Source of the DNA: Neocallimastix sp. 'constans'
Taxonomy: Eukaryota
DNA length: 64,000 nucleotides
Assembly: GCA_050613775.1 (NCBI GenBank)
Contig: JBODTK010000156.1
Coordinates: forward strand, 124,001-188,000
Direction: 5' to 3'
The notes beneath the pieces were generated by a model. It did no database searches. It saw only the letters and a program-made list of their open reading frames with translations, and was not told where the DNA came from. The translations under genes and the position numbers were made by a program. Below are positions 11,698 through 26,392 of the stretch, piece after piece. Position 1 is the stretch's first letter; every line of letters begins with the position of its first letter.

Positions 11698-14385
11698 ATA
11701 AGAATATAAAGTACAGATTGAATAAAATAAAATAAAATAAATAGTTGAATATGAATATAAAGTACAGATTGAATAAAATAAAATAAAATAAAATAAATAG
11801 TTGAATATGAATATAAAGTACAGATTGAATAAAATAAAATAAAATTAAATAAAATAAAATAAAATAAATAGTTGAATATGAATATAAAGTACAGATTGAA
11901 TAAAATAAAATAAAATAAAATAAATAGATAGTTGAATATGAATATAAAGTACAGATTGAATAAAATAAAATAAAATAAAATAAATAGTTGAATATGAATA
12001 TAAAGTACAGATTGAATAAAATAAAATAAAATAAAATAAATAGTTGAATATGAATATAAAGTACAGATTGAATAAAATAAAATAAAATAAAATAAATAGT
12101 TGAATATGAATATAAAGTACAGATTGAATAAAATAAAATAAAATAAAATAAAATAAATAGTTGAATATGAATATAAAGTACAGATTGAATAAAATAAAAT
12201 AAAATAAAATAAAATAAAATAAATAGTAGAAACATAAGTATAAGTACAGATTGAATAAAATAAAATAAAATAAAATAAAATAAAATAAATAGTTGAATAA
12301 GAATATAAAGTACAGATTGAATAAAATAAAATAAAATAAAATAAAATAAATAGTTGAATATGAATATAAAGTACAGATTGAATAAAATAAAATAAAATAA
12401 AATAAAATTTAATAAAATAAAATAAAATAAATAGTTGAATAAGAATATAAAGTACAGATTGAATAAAATAAAATAAAATAAATAGTTGAATAAGAATATA
12501 AAGTACAGATTGAATAAAATAAAATAAAATAAATAGTTGAATATGAATATAAAGTACAGATTGAATAAAATAAAATAAAATAAATAGTTGAATATGAATA
12601 TAAAGTACAGATTGAATAAAATAAAATAAAATAAAATAAAATAAATAGTTGAATATGAATATAAAGTACAGATTGAATAAAATAAAATAAAATAAATAGT
12701 TGAATAAGAATATAAAGTACAGATTGAATAAAATAAAATAAAATAAATAGTTGAATATGAATATAAAGTACAGATTGAATAAAATAAAATAAAATAAAAT
12801 AAATAGTTGAATATGAATATAAAGTACAGATTGAATAAAATAAAATAAAATAAAATAAAATAAATAGTTGAATATGAATATAAAGTACAGATTGAATAAA
12901 ATAAAATAAAATAAAATAAAATAAATTGTTGAATATGAATATAAAGTACAGATTGAATAAAATAAAATAAAATAAAATAAAATTTAATAAAATAAAATAA
13001 AATAAATAGTTGAATAAGAATATAAAGTACAGATTGAATAAAATAAAATAAAATAAATAGTTGAATAAGAATATAAAGTACAGATTGAATAAAATAAAAT
13101 AAAATAAATAGTTGAATATGAATATAAAGTACAGATTGAATAAAATAAAATAAAATAAAATAAATAGTTGAATATGAATATAAAGTACAGATTGAATAAA
13201 ATAAAATAAAATAAAATAAAATAAATAGTTGAATAAGAATATAAAGTACAGATTGAATAAAATAAAATAAAATAAATAGTTGAATATGAATATAAAGTAC
13301 AGATTGAATAAAATAAAATAAAATAAAATAAATAGTTGAATATGAATATAAAGTACAGATTGAATAAAATAAAATAAAATAAAATAAAATAAATAGTTGA
13401 ATATGAATATAAAGTACAGATTGAATAAAATAAAATAAAATAAAATAAAATAAAATAAAATAAAATAAAATAAAATAAAATAAAATAAAATAAATAGTTG
13501 AATATGAATATAAAGTACAGATTGAATAAAATAAAATAAAATAAAATAAAATAAAATAAAATAAAATAAAATAAAATAAAATAAAATAAAATAAAATAAA
13601 TAGTAGAAATATGAATATAAAGTACAGATTAAATAAAATAAAATAAAATAAAATAAAATAAAATAAAATAAATAGTTGAATATGAATATAAAGTACAGAT
13701 TGAATAAAATAAAATAAAATAAAATAAAATAAATAGTTGAATATGAATATAAAGTACAGATTGAATAAAATAAAATAAAATAAAATAAAATAAAATAAAA
13801 TAAATAGTTGAATAAGAATATAAAGTACAGATTGAATAAAATAAAATAAAATAAATAGTTGAATATGAATATAAAGTACAGATTGAATAAAATAAAATAA
13901 AATAAAATAAAATAAATAGATAGTTGAATATGAATATAAAGTACAGATTGAATAAAATAAAATAAAATAAAATAAATAGTTGAATATGAATATAAAGTAC
14001 AGATTGAATAAAATAAAATAAAATAAAATAAAATAAATAGTTGAATATGAATATAAAGTACAGATTGAATAAAATAAAATAAAATAAAATAAATAGTTGA
14101 ATATGAATATAAAGTACAGATTGAATAAAATAAAATAAAATAAAATAAAATAAAATAAAATAAATAGTTGAATATGAATATAAAGTACAGATTGAATAAA
14201 ATAAAATAAAATAAAATAAATAGTTGAATATAAATATAAAGTACAGATTGAATAAAATAAAATAAAATAAAATAAATAGTTGAATATAAATATAAAGTAC
14301 AGATTGAATAAAATAAAATAAAATAAAATAAATAGTTGAATATAAATATAAAGTACAGATTGAATAAAATAAAATAAAATAAAAT
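11698..14385. repeat. Compound tandem array: ~44 copies of ATAGTTGAATATGAATATAAAGTACAGATTG separated by (AATAA)n of variable length
   Basis: Counted ~44 GTACAGATT cores by eye; period mostly ~50-65 bp, longer where the pentamer run expands. Confidence 0.95.
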
Positions 14386-16237
14386 GGAAGATAAAAAAGT
14401 AATATATAAATGTAATTTATAACTATATTACAATTATATTAATTTACAATATTTTATATCATTTAAATAATAAGATTATTATTAATCATATACTCTTCTA
14501 GACAATACATTAAATTATAAATTATATATACTCCCCTGGACAATAATTTATCAAACATATTCATATTTTCAATTCAAAGGTAATTAATTTTTTTAAAAAA
14601 AAATTATTATTTTTTATATATTTAATAATATGTTTAATTCATAACTAAATTTTTTTTTTTTATAATATAAAATACCATTTAGCATTAAAGTAAAAAATAA
14701 TATTTTACATATATAACATATTCTATTGACCAATCAACACCGATTCTTAGTATTTTTAATTTTAAAAACTAAAGAATTTTATTATTATTATTTTTTTTTT
14801 TTTTTTAATTCTAAAAAGCATAATTTTATATATTATATAACCTCTTAATTCAATTTATTATTTAGTTTATATAAATTACTTGAATTCCATAATCAAAAAT
14901 AATTTATTAATAATTAATATGGTTTATATAATGGAAATAAATTATTTTTTAAAAAAAATTTTATACAATTTTATTTATTATAAATCTAATATAACCTTTA
15001 ATAATAAACATATATTAGAAATTATGAATAAATGATTCTTCATTAAATGTATTATACATCTGTATTATTTAATTATATGACATTACATTATTTATGTTAC
15101 GCAGTTACTACATTTAATAATTTTTACATTAATGGTAATAATTAAGGCTTTGAGATAATTATTATAAAAGAAATAGTACAAGAATAGTTTTTTTTTTTTT
15201 TTTTTAGAAAAGGCTTCTTCTGTAAATTCTACTTCTATACTTTATGATTTATATTATCATATTTATGAATTATGGGAATAAACTTTTTAATAGGTGTAAT
15301 TAAAAATAAATAGTAGTTAATATAATTATTTTTAAATATATAAATATATCATATATTAATTACGTGATATATATTTATAATTTTTATAATTTAAAAATAA
15401 AATATAAGAATTAAAAATTTAAAATTAGATAAATTTATACTTGTAAAAAGTTCAAAATTTTATTAATAAAAACTTAATATAAGTATTTTTGTACATATTA
15501 AATAAAAAATCTTCTATAGTATAATATTATAATTTTTAATTTATATTCCATAAAAAGTTAAATTTATAACTTTAAATGGTGAATATATTTATTTTTTATA
15601 ATAGATAATAATATTATATTAATATTTTCATTATAATTTATGTAATTATTTATGAAATTTTAATATTTTAAGATTATTAAATGTATAAACAATATTTTAT
15701 ATTTTATATACAATAAACAAATAAATAGATTAATAATATATAAATAAATAAATTAATGAAAAGATAAATAATAAAAATAAATGTAAAAAAAGTAATAATA
15801 AATAAATATATTAAAACTCTATTTTATATTATAATTAATTATTTAATTATGTATGACGTGGTATATAATTATAATCATTGTTTTAACAATAAAGAGAAAG
15901 AATTTTTTTATTTAAACAAAAAAAAATTTTTTTTATATTAAAAAAAATTTATTTATTTGAATATATTTTTAAATATTATAAGGAAAGCTTGAAATAGTTT
16001 AAAACATCATTCTCAAATATAAATACAATAGATAGAAAGATTAAACATTAAATATATTAAGAATAACTATTATAATATTTATTTTTTTAAAATAAATATT
16101 ACATCTTTTATATATTTTAGTGTAATATTATTTGATCATTTTTTAATAATCTAATTGTTATCTAATTTTATTTTCTAGCAATAATTGATCCTTAAAAATA
16201 ATCTTGTAAATTCTTAAAAGTAATTACAAAGCTTAAA

Positions 16238-16285
<48 letters not shown>

Positions 16286-16988
16286 AATAATTAGGAAGTT
16301 AAAATTAAATAATAATAAAAGTAAGAATTTATTTTTTTTCTTGGTAAAAGAAAGAAATAAAAGGATTGAAAAAGCGGATAAGTATTTTAAAATATTTGCT
16401 TATCATTTCAAGATTATAATTTTTTGATCAAAATTAAAATTTGGTAAAACGGTCGATTTATTCAATATTCTTTTTAATATATACTAAAAAGAAGTAATAA
16501 CAATTGAAATATTTGCTAATAAGAAATAATCTGTTATTTTTGTGTTCCTTTTTTCTTCATTGCTTAATATTAATATTGAAAATAAGCAAATTGTAATTTT
16601 TACATTCTTTTATAAAGATAAATAGTAAAACAAGAGTTTATATTATATCAGGTAAATTCTCTTTTCCTATCAATTTTAAAAGAAATATTAAAAAAACAGA
16701 AAATATTAATTATTAATAATATATGTAATCATTTCGGGTTAAATATTATTTATATTATTTTATTTTATTTTTTTAATTTTTTAAATATTGTTAAATTATT
16801 ATAAATAAGAATAAGTATTATAATTTCTTTATTATAATTAATTTATTTACTTTAAAAGTTCAATAATTATTTTTTAATTTATATATATATAAGTATAATT
16901 GCTTTGTAAAAGCATCCATATTTTTTCCCCCTTTTTTTTATTTATTTATTATTTTTTTTTTTTTTTCAAAATTCTACAAGGAAAAGAT

Positions 16989-17403
16989 ATGTATTATAAT
17001 AATCCGTCTGGCTCTAATATGGGCTCAGCCAATCCAAACATTAATAGTGGTGGCACAAATTCTGCTAATGGAAATAATAATGGTAATCATGGTATGATGA
17101 ATAATAGTAAAAGTCATTCCTTTATGAGAAATCAGAATTCAAATTCGTCTTCTCTTCATTCAATATCTTCTCTGAATCCAAATTCAAATATGTCTTCTTT
17201 AGCAAATTTAAATTCCAATAATTCGCAAAATTCTAATTTTTCTAATTCTCATTCTAACTCCCATATGAGAAATAATTCATCTAGTAATAATCCGTTAAAT
17301 CTATTTCAAAATCTTTCAAATGGTGGTATGGCTGGTATTCCGAACAATTCAAGCATGAATATGAATCATAATGGAATGCCAATGAATATGGGTGTATTAA
17401 ATC

Positions 17404-17436
<33 letters not shown>

Positions 17437-20400
17437 GAAATTCAAATAATCTTAATAGTTACAATTCCAATTCCAATACTAATACTACTAATAATAATAA
17501 TGGTGGAAATGGAATGAATTCAATGGGGATGAATTCAATGAATATGATGAATTCAATGATGATGAATATAAGAATGAATCCAATGATGAATCCTAATGCA
17601 AATATGAATGGAATGAATATGCCAATGAATGGTTTGGGAATAAATAATAATATGAACATGCCTATGCAACCCATGAAAATGGGAATGATGCCTAATAATA
17701 TGCAAAACATGGGCGTGGGAATGCCAATGAATTTGAAAAAAAATGATTTGGCAAATCAAAACAAAGTTTATTATAATTACAATAATAAATTAATAAAGAA
17801 TCTCCCGAAGGATTCTCGTTTATTTATTGGAAATCTTCGCAGTGAAAAAACAACAAAAGAGGAATTAGCTTCAATATTTAGACGTTATGGTAATATTTAT
17901 GAAATTGTTATTAAGAGTAGCTATGGATTTATTCAATTTGATAAACCTGAAAGTTGCCAAAGAGCTATTAATAATGAAAATAGAAGACCTATTGGTGGAT
18001 TACAAATTGGTAAATATAATTATTATCTTTATAATTAATATTATTATTGATTTATCTAATTAAATACTGATTAATAATTTTTATAGATTTAAAGGTTTCC
18101 AAAAGTCGTCAAGATAGAGAAAGAAATAATCAGAGAAACGATAGAAATAATGATAGAGATAGGAACAGGTTAAGAGATAGAAGTCGTAGTAGAAGTCGTA
18201 GTAGAAGTCGTGATCGTGATCGTGATAGAGAGAGAATTAGAAATAGAAGTAGAAGTAGAAGTAGAAGTAGAAGTAGAAGTAGAAGCAGAAGCAGAAGTAG
18301 AAGTAGAGTGAGAGACCGTGATAGAAATAGGGATAGGGATAGAAATAGAGATAGAAGTCGTGATAGGGAAAGAGATAAGAATCGCGATAGGGAAAGAAGT
18401 AGAAGAGCTCGTAGCCGCAGTAGAAATAAGGATAAAAATAGAAGTCGTAGTAGAGACAAAGATAGAAATTCTAAGAATAAAGAAAAAGAAAGGGATAAGC
18501 AAATGCAAAAAGACAAGGAAAAGACTGTTAAAAATGAAAAGGAAAAACAAAATGATTCAAAGGAAAGAAATGAAAGTAAAAATAATGAAAAAATTAATAA
18601 AAGTGAAAGTGAAATAGAGTTAAGAAATAAAGAAGATAGTAAAGAAGAAAATAGAAATGAAAATGAAAAAGAAACCGAAATTGAAAATGAAATTGAAAAG
18701 GAGAAAGAAAATGAAAATGAAATTGAAAAGGAGAAAGAAAATGAAAATGAAAATGAAAATGAAAATGAAAATGAAAATAATGATGATAATGACAAAATGA
18801 GTGAAGATGGAGATGGCAATAAAGTAATTGAAGAAGAATCTACTGCTGATAAAATGGATATAGAAGAGGAATCAAGAAGTGATGAAGATATAAAAGAAGA
18901 AAAAGAAAAAAATAATGAAGAAGAAATAAATGCTGAGAATAGTGATAATCAAATTGACAATGAAGATAGTGATATCAAATCGAATAAGGAAAGTAGTACA
19001 AGTGAAAATTCTAACAATGAAGAAGAATCTAAGGATGAAGATAATAAAAATGACAAAGAGGATAATGATAAGAAAAAAACTAAATTAAAGGAAGAAACTT
19101 CCAAAGAAAAGGTTAAAAACGAAGAAAAAGAAAATAGCTCTAAAAAAGACAGTAAAGATAAAAAAGAAAAAGAAAAAAGTGGTAAAAATGATCGTGATCA
19201 TAAAAATGACAAAAGTAATAGTAAATCCAATAGTAATAAGAAAAGTTCTAAAAATGATAAAGGTGACAAAAATGATAAAAGTAAAAGTAGTAGTAGCAGA
19301 AAGGTAAAAGCAGATAATGATAATTCTGAAGAAAGTACTACTACTGAAAGTAGCAGTGAAAACCGTAATTCTAGTAGACATGAAAGAAGTTCCAGATCAA
19401 GTAGAGATCATCATAGACATGATCATGATTATCATCCTTATAGTAGTCATCATCATCATAATAGGTCTTCTAGTAGAAGTCGTAAAGATGATCGTAGAAG
19501 ATCTCGTTCTAGAAGTATTACAAGAAGAAGTAGTAGCAATAACAGAAGAGACGATAGATATCAAAGAAATAACAATAATAACAGAAGAAATAATAATAAA
19601 AGAATGCATATTGAGAAGCATTCAAATGTAGATTTTACTACACCTAAAAGAAATGGTCCAATTCCAATTTGTCAAATGGTAGTCATTGGAGAAGTTGAAA
19701 AGTAAGTTTACAAAGTTAGATAACTTTAATCTATATATTTTGATATATCAATTTAAAATTTTATCATCTTATTATTATTGTTGTTTATTATGGTTTTTCT
19801 TAAAAAAAATAATAAAATATATATATATATATTGATCATTTAAATTTAATTGTATTAATAGGGATGTTATTAACCAAATTGAAAATGGTGCTAAGAAAGG
19901 AAATATAAGAATGGAAACATTGTATATCAGTCCAAAATATTCAATTCCAGTTGTAGTTGAACAATTTAAACTTGAAGGTGTAAAAGCCGTTATTGTCATT
20001 GAAGGTGATACTAGAACCATTGTATTACGTATATTTGATAATAATGGAAATGAAAAAGGTAAATCATATTTATAATATTTATTAATTCTAAATTATGTAA
20101 TATAAAATAATTATATATATATATTAAAATATTTTACTATTTTTTCAATATTTCTATCTATATAATATATAATAATTAATAGAATATAATAATATTAATC
20201 CAAAAGATTGTGTTATGAGGATGATTGAAAGTCCAGTCATAAAAAGTGCCATACAAAATTACATATATCCAAATAGTTATAATAATAATGGAAATAATAT
20301 GGGAATGAATTCTATGAATTATATGAATATGTGGAATAATATGAATAATATGAATAATATTAGTAATATGAATAATATGAATATGAATAATATGAACATG

Positions 20401-21495
20401 ATGAATATGAATAATATGAATATGAATAATATGAATATGAATAACATGAACATGATGAATATGAATAGTATGAGTTCAATGAATATGAATAATAATATAA
20501 ATAATGGAATGAATAAAAATATGATAAATAATAATAATGGTAGCAACAGCACCAGTAATAATCATAATAGTAATAGCAATAATAATAATAATTATAATAA
20601 TAATAATATGATGACGTCGTATCAACAAAATAACTCTATGTCCAATAATATGAATCAATCAAGTATGATGTTAAATATGTCCCAATTACCTAATATGAAT
20701 TTTTCTGGAAATAATTTGCCAATGACTTCATCCCCATCATCTACTAATAACTTTAATAGCAATAGTTCAAATAATAATAATAGTGGAAATAATAATCGTT
20801 CCAATTCCAATACTAACAGTAATAATGGAAGTTCTTTGTATAATCCATATCGTCCAAATGGTTCAAATGGTCCAAATGGTCCAAACGGTCCAAACGGTAA
20901 TATGAATTTACCATCTTCTTCCTCACCTTCTTCAAATTTACCAAATTCTTCTTATAGTAATTCTAATTTCAATACTTTAACTAATATTCTTTCCGCTTTT
21001 GATAATAATTCTAATAAATCTGCTTTACTACCAAATTTTAATAATAATAATAATAATTATTTAAAGAATTATACCAATCAAAATAAGAATAAATCTATGA
21101 TGAATCAAAAGTCGCCAATAAGAAATAATAATAATAATAGTAATAATGGTAATAATAGTTCTGTTTCAAATAGTTCAAGTACACTTTCAGATATTTTACA
21201 AAAACTTAAATCCGTAAATAATAATCAGTTATCTGCAAATTCTAATAATAATAATAGTAATAATAAAAATAATGGAATTAGTGGTGGCAGTCATCCAATG
21301 AATCCAATTCATACCTTAAATGGAGATAATAGTTTTGATTCTATGTCTAGTGGTTATCCAGGTTCTTCTACTTATAATTCTAATTCTGCAAATCTATCAA
21401 ATTCCAAGTCCAATAATAATAATAATAATAATAATAAAAGTTTAGGTCTTAGTCGTAATAATAATCTTTATGGACAAAATAATTATTCCTATTAA
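16989..21495 (+). CDS. NCOA5/Nab3-like RRM protein with RS/RD tract, anticodon-binding-like domain and Asn/Met-rich low-complexity termini (4 coding exons)
   Basis: RNP2 RLFIGNL and RNP1 SYGFIQF. Exons 16989-18009, 18087-19701, 19862-20058 and 20183-21495 are joined in frame by GT-AG introns. PICQMVVIG...EGVKAVIVI...IVLRIF resembles the NCOA5-family alpha/beta domain. Confidence 0.75.
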
Positions 21496-21673
21496 ATTTG
21501 ATGTGGTAAATTAATTAATAATACTGATAATGATGTTTAATCATCGAATTTTATCTAATAATAGCTTTTAAGTCAAAATCTATTTATTAAGTCTAACTTT
21601 ATTTTATTTAATTTTATGTTATTTTATTCTTTATTTTCAATAAATTGAAATTTTTATTTATAATTAGAATAAC

Positions 21674-21737
<64 letters not shown>

Positions 21738-22151
21738 AATTGGTTAATATTATTAATTTTAATTTTTTAAAGGAAAGGAAAAATATATATATTCTATTAT
21801 ACTTTGTTTTTATACTTTTTTCTGTTTTCTTTTTATTATATTATTATTACAATTTTATATAATCCATTCTTTCTAAATATATTATGCATATCAATATTTT
21901 ATTTTATATTATAAATTCAATATGAAATTAAAATAAAAATAAAAAAAAATAAAAAAAAAAATTATAATCATAATAAAGTCATACTATATTGAAATTGGTA
22001 ATTTATTTTATTTTATTTGTATTTGATTATAATAAGGTTATGATTATGATAATTAATGATAATATTAATTTAAATTTTATTTTTTTAATAGTTTTATTAT
22101 TTTAATAAAGATAATAATTATTTATTTTTGAATCGTTATTATGATATGATA

Positions 22152-22662
22152 GAACAGAGACAATTAAATGAACTACTTTTCAAAGGTTCATCTGAGTCAC
22201 CTGTTCCAAAAATTGTGGGCTTGGCGGAATTCTTAACAAGTGCAATACCTATCATTAGTAGTTCGTTTGAGCTATTATTTGATAGGTATTGCAAAATACC
22301 AAACTTATCCAAGAGCGTCGACGTCGTACTGATAAGGCATAATGATAATACAGGATCGTCATCTATTGCTACGAAGGATGAATCTCTCCCTAGTAGTTCA
22401 ATAAATGATGAGTCCGGGGAGAGTTTAGTGGACACCACACTATCTATTTTAAAGATGTTACTTCTAGGTTTTATTTCTTTTTTATTTGATAGGAAGGGAA
22501 AAATTCCCGCATAGTACAACTTGCCGAAATACATAGTATTTTCGAGCTTTTTTATTTTTTTATTTTTTAATTTTTTATTTTTAATTTCAAATGTACTTTT
22601 CACCTACATGTATTTTTTAAAATAAAATTTAATAAAGTTATGGAAGTGTATTCTCTTCCCTG

Positions 22663-22703
<41 letters not shown>
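22152..22703 (+). mobile_element. 5'-truncated LINE (ORF C-terminus, 3' UTR, poly(A))
   Basis: 14-bp TSD ATTATGATATGATA (22138-22151 and 22704-22717); poly(A) 22646-22703; frame open to 22514. Homologous to the minus-strand segment ~38690-38810, which adjoins LINE RT motifs. Confidence 0.85.
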
Positions 22704-22706
<3 letters not shown>

Positions 22707-22978
22707 ATGATATGATAATATATATACATATATATTTGTTTTCTTTTGAGTAATTAAAAATTATTAGTAAGTTTATATATATATATACAAAAATTCATAT
22801 CCCTCCAATAGTCATAATTTTCATGTAATAAATAGATTTATAAATAAAATTATTAAAAAAAAAATATAAATATATATGTTAGATTTTCAATTTTCAATAT
22901 ATATATATATTTTAAAATATTATTTTAATAGAAGTTTAAGGGGAAAAAAAAATAATAAAGAAACAATTTTTTATTTAT

Positions 22979-23201
22979 TTTATATATTATTTCTATTTTT
23001 AATCTTTAAAAACAGTTTTTTTTTTTTTTATGTATATAGTATATAGATATAAAATTTATATTAAACTTTCATTTATATTTCAAAAGTTAAAAATACTAAA
23101 ACTATATACTATATAAATTTTATATTTATATACTATATACATAAAAAAAAAAAAAAAAAAAAAACAGTTTTTAAAGATTAAAAATAGAAATAATATATAA
23201 A
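22979..23201. repeat. Fold-back inverted repeat (~85-bp arms, ~50-bp spacer)
   Basis: TATATATTATTTCTATTTTTAATCTTTAAAAAC..(T)n..ATGTATATAGTATATA is mirrored by TATATACTATATACAT..(A)n..GTTTTTAAAGATTAAAAATAGAAATAATATATA. Confidence 0.8.
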
Positions 23202-23381
23202 TATATATTTAATAAATGAGGTAATGAAATGTATATTTTTTTTTTTAAATAAATTCATTAAATTTAACCTGTTTTTCTTTAAAAACTAAAATTATTATTA
23301 TTATTATTGTTATTTTATATGTTTATTCATGGTGAAATTCTTAAAATATAGAAGAGTTTGAATTTAATATTGGCAAAGCAA

Positions 23382-23415
<34 letters not shown>

Positions 23416-23757
23416 ATATATTAATATAAAATGATTATTGAAGTACAGTAAAATATAATAAAATACCATTAAATAAAATTAATAAATAACTCGATAAAAA
23501 AAAAAATAAAAATAATTAATATTAAATACACAAATAAATAATTAAAATTAAAATTAATTGATATTAAAAATAATACATTTTTTTACTTAATTTTTATTAA
23601 CAATGAGCAGATAAAAATTTCATACAATATGAATTATAATTATGGCAAAGTAATATATGAATATTTAATTTTAATTTATAAATAAATTTGATATTTTAAT
23701 GATATAATGCAAATTAATAAAATTAAAAAGTCACCAGTATTTAGTATATGCAAAGAA

Positions 23758-23796
<39 letters not shown>

Positions 23797-24055
23797 ATTA
23801 AAATCTAAATCAAAATATATTTATTAAATTCTAAAAATTTTAACCTAAAATAAGAATATTATTTTAACTGGAATGTGTTAGAATATATTATATCTTTTTC
23901 TATGAGAATGAAATTCTTTTAAAAAACTTTAAAGAAAAATTTATTAAAAAAAAAAAATAAAATAAAATAAAATAAAATAAAATAAAATAAAATAAAATAA
24001 AATGAAATAAAATAAAATAAAAATAAATAAATAAAACTTGTACTACATTTACTAA

Positions 24056-24091
<36 letters not shown>

Positions 24092-24787
24092 AAATAAATA
24101 AATGATAAATAAATAAATAATATTTATATTATCATTTCTAGTATTAATATAAAATAAAGAACATCAGAAAACCTTAATTCTTTATTATATTGTAGTAATC
24201 TCTCTCTCTCTCTTTTTTTTTTTTTATCTATAAAAATTGCATTTCATATATAATGGCATTTCTTGGTTTTAGTATTGTTATTTGAACATTAATATTAATA
24301 ATATTATTATCAAAAGTATATTTGAAGTATACAAAAAATTACAAAAATAGTCAAAATAAGAAAATGTGAAATATTATAATTATACAAAGAGAATTAATAT
24401 ATATTATTAAAATGAGATAAACCTTTTTTTTAAATGGTATGAGATAGAATTATTTATAACAATAATAACTAATATACTGAGATATTATTATTATTATGGT
24501 AAATAAGAAACAATCCTCTGATCGTTTTTATAGATATTATAAAATAAATATAATATAGAATTGACAGGCATTAATTATTTATAGGTTTTATTCTTAATTA
24601 AATAGAATTATATAATATATTATTTTATTAAAATTGAATGATTATATCGTAATACTATAAGTACTATTTAAAAGTATATGACAATGTATATAAATTCTAC
24701 TAATGAATATTCAAAATTTTATGTTTTTTTTTTTTTTTTTTTTTTAAATACCACTAAATATAAAAATTTATATATTATAAAGAGGTA

Positions 24788-25101
24788 ATAAATCATAAAT
24801 CATAAATAATAAATAATAAATAATAAATATTAAATATTAAATATTAAACAATAAATAATAAATAATGAATAATAAATAATAAATAATAAATAACAAATAA
24901 TAAATAATAAATAATAAATAATAAATAACAAATAATTGAATAATTGAATAATGAATAATAAATAATAAATAATAAATAATAAATAATAAATAATAAATAA
25001 TAAATAATAAATAACAAATAATAAATAATAAATAATAAATAATAAATAATAAATAATAAATAATAAATAATAAATAATAAATAATAAATAATAAGTAATA
25101 A
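24788..25101. repeat. (AAATAAT)n heptamer tandem repeat
   Basis: Seen directly, with scattered variants. Confidence 0.85.
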
Positions 25102-26348
25102 ATATATATATATAGGTAATTATTTTTTATTAATTGTATTAATTTATTAAATTATTCCAATTAAAAAATAGTATTAAATATATTATAAAAATAAAATATC
25201 TTATTATATAATATATTATAATATTATATATAATTTAGAATTAATAGAAATAATAATAATTAAATAGAAAAAAAAAAGCATGATATTATTTTATTTTAAT
25301 TGTTATGAAATTAATTTCATTAATATTATATTTATTGTTAATTAAATAATATATATATATATAAATGTTTATAGTTAACTATATGTATTATATATATATA
25401 ATAATAAATACATATAAATATTCAAAGTAAATAAGATTTAAGGTTGATTTATTATAAAATCAATAATAATAAATAATTAATTAAAATAGAGTTGGGAAAA
25501 AATGAAATACTTCAAAATAATATTATTTTTATTTTCGTTTTCCTATTAGATAACTTTTTGTTTTATTTTAAAGTGATTTTTTAATTCTTTTTCTTTTATT
25601 ATCTTTTCTCTTAAATATATTTTTTTTTATAAAAAGGCTTTTTTTATAAATACACGAAAGAAAAAAGAAATAGAAGAAAAATATAAAATTAATACTTTTT
25701 AAATATATTTAGATGTTATTTTAACATAAAAAATGAGAATAAAAAAAGACATATTACATATTACATAAAAAGATATCTATTATTTACAACACGTGGACAT
25801 AAATAAAAGTAAATAGAAGTTAGTGATATAATAAAAACAATCTTTCTTTTTTTATTATAAAATAAATTTTTATTTTAATATAGTTATCTATTTTTTTCAT
25901 TTTAACATTGTTGATTATATTACATCAATTATTTATTTAATTGTATTTGTATTTAATTTACATTATTATATTTATAATAATTATAAATGTTATTATAAAT
26001 TTTATAATTATAATTTTTAATAAAATGTTTGTAATATTTTATAATCACTTCATCTTCCTCTTATTATTATTATAATTTATTATTAGATAGTACAATTTAA
26101 TAATTTCGGATTTATGTTATATATTATTTTTTTTTTTATTTTAATGCACTATATTTTAATTTTAGAATATTAAAAAATAAATATATTAATTTTTATATAT
26201 ATATATAATATATAAGGATTTTCAAGATAATAATATTAAATAATTATACCATAATTGAAATAATATATTAAGTATATACTATTCTACTATCTAATATTTA
26301 TTAAAGGTATGATTAACTATATATTGATATTTTATATTTTTTAATAAA

Positions 26349-26392
<44 letters not shown>

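Noticed and set aside
11642..12235. 197-aa hydrophobic ORF
   Set aside because: It is a translation of the tandem array.
11698..14385. CRISPR array
   Set aside because: The 'spacers' are only (AATAA)n with no unique sequence; there are no cas genes; the context is eukaryotic.
18130..19631. Antisense and alternate-frame ORFs over the RS/charged exon
   Set aside because: Shadows of low-complexity coding repeats.
22405..22440. Hammerhead ribozyme (TGATGAGTCC...GGAC)
   Set aside because: It lacks the C of CUGAUGA and the essential GAAA after stem II.
22141..22480. Sm-class snRNA or telomerase RNA (minus-strand AATTTTTGG followed by a hairpin; pseudoknot-like pairing)
   Set aside because: No U1/U2/U4/U5/U11/U12 signature or clear telomere template. 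The TSD, poly(A) and homology to the RT-linked fragment at 38.7 kb explain it as a LINE 3' end.
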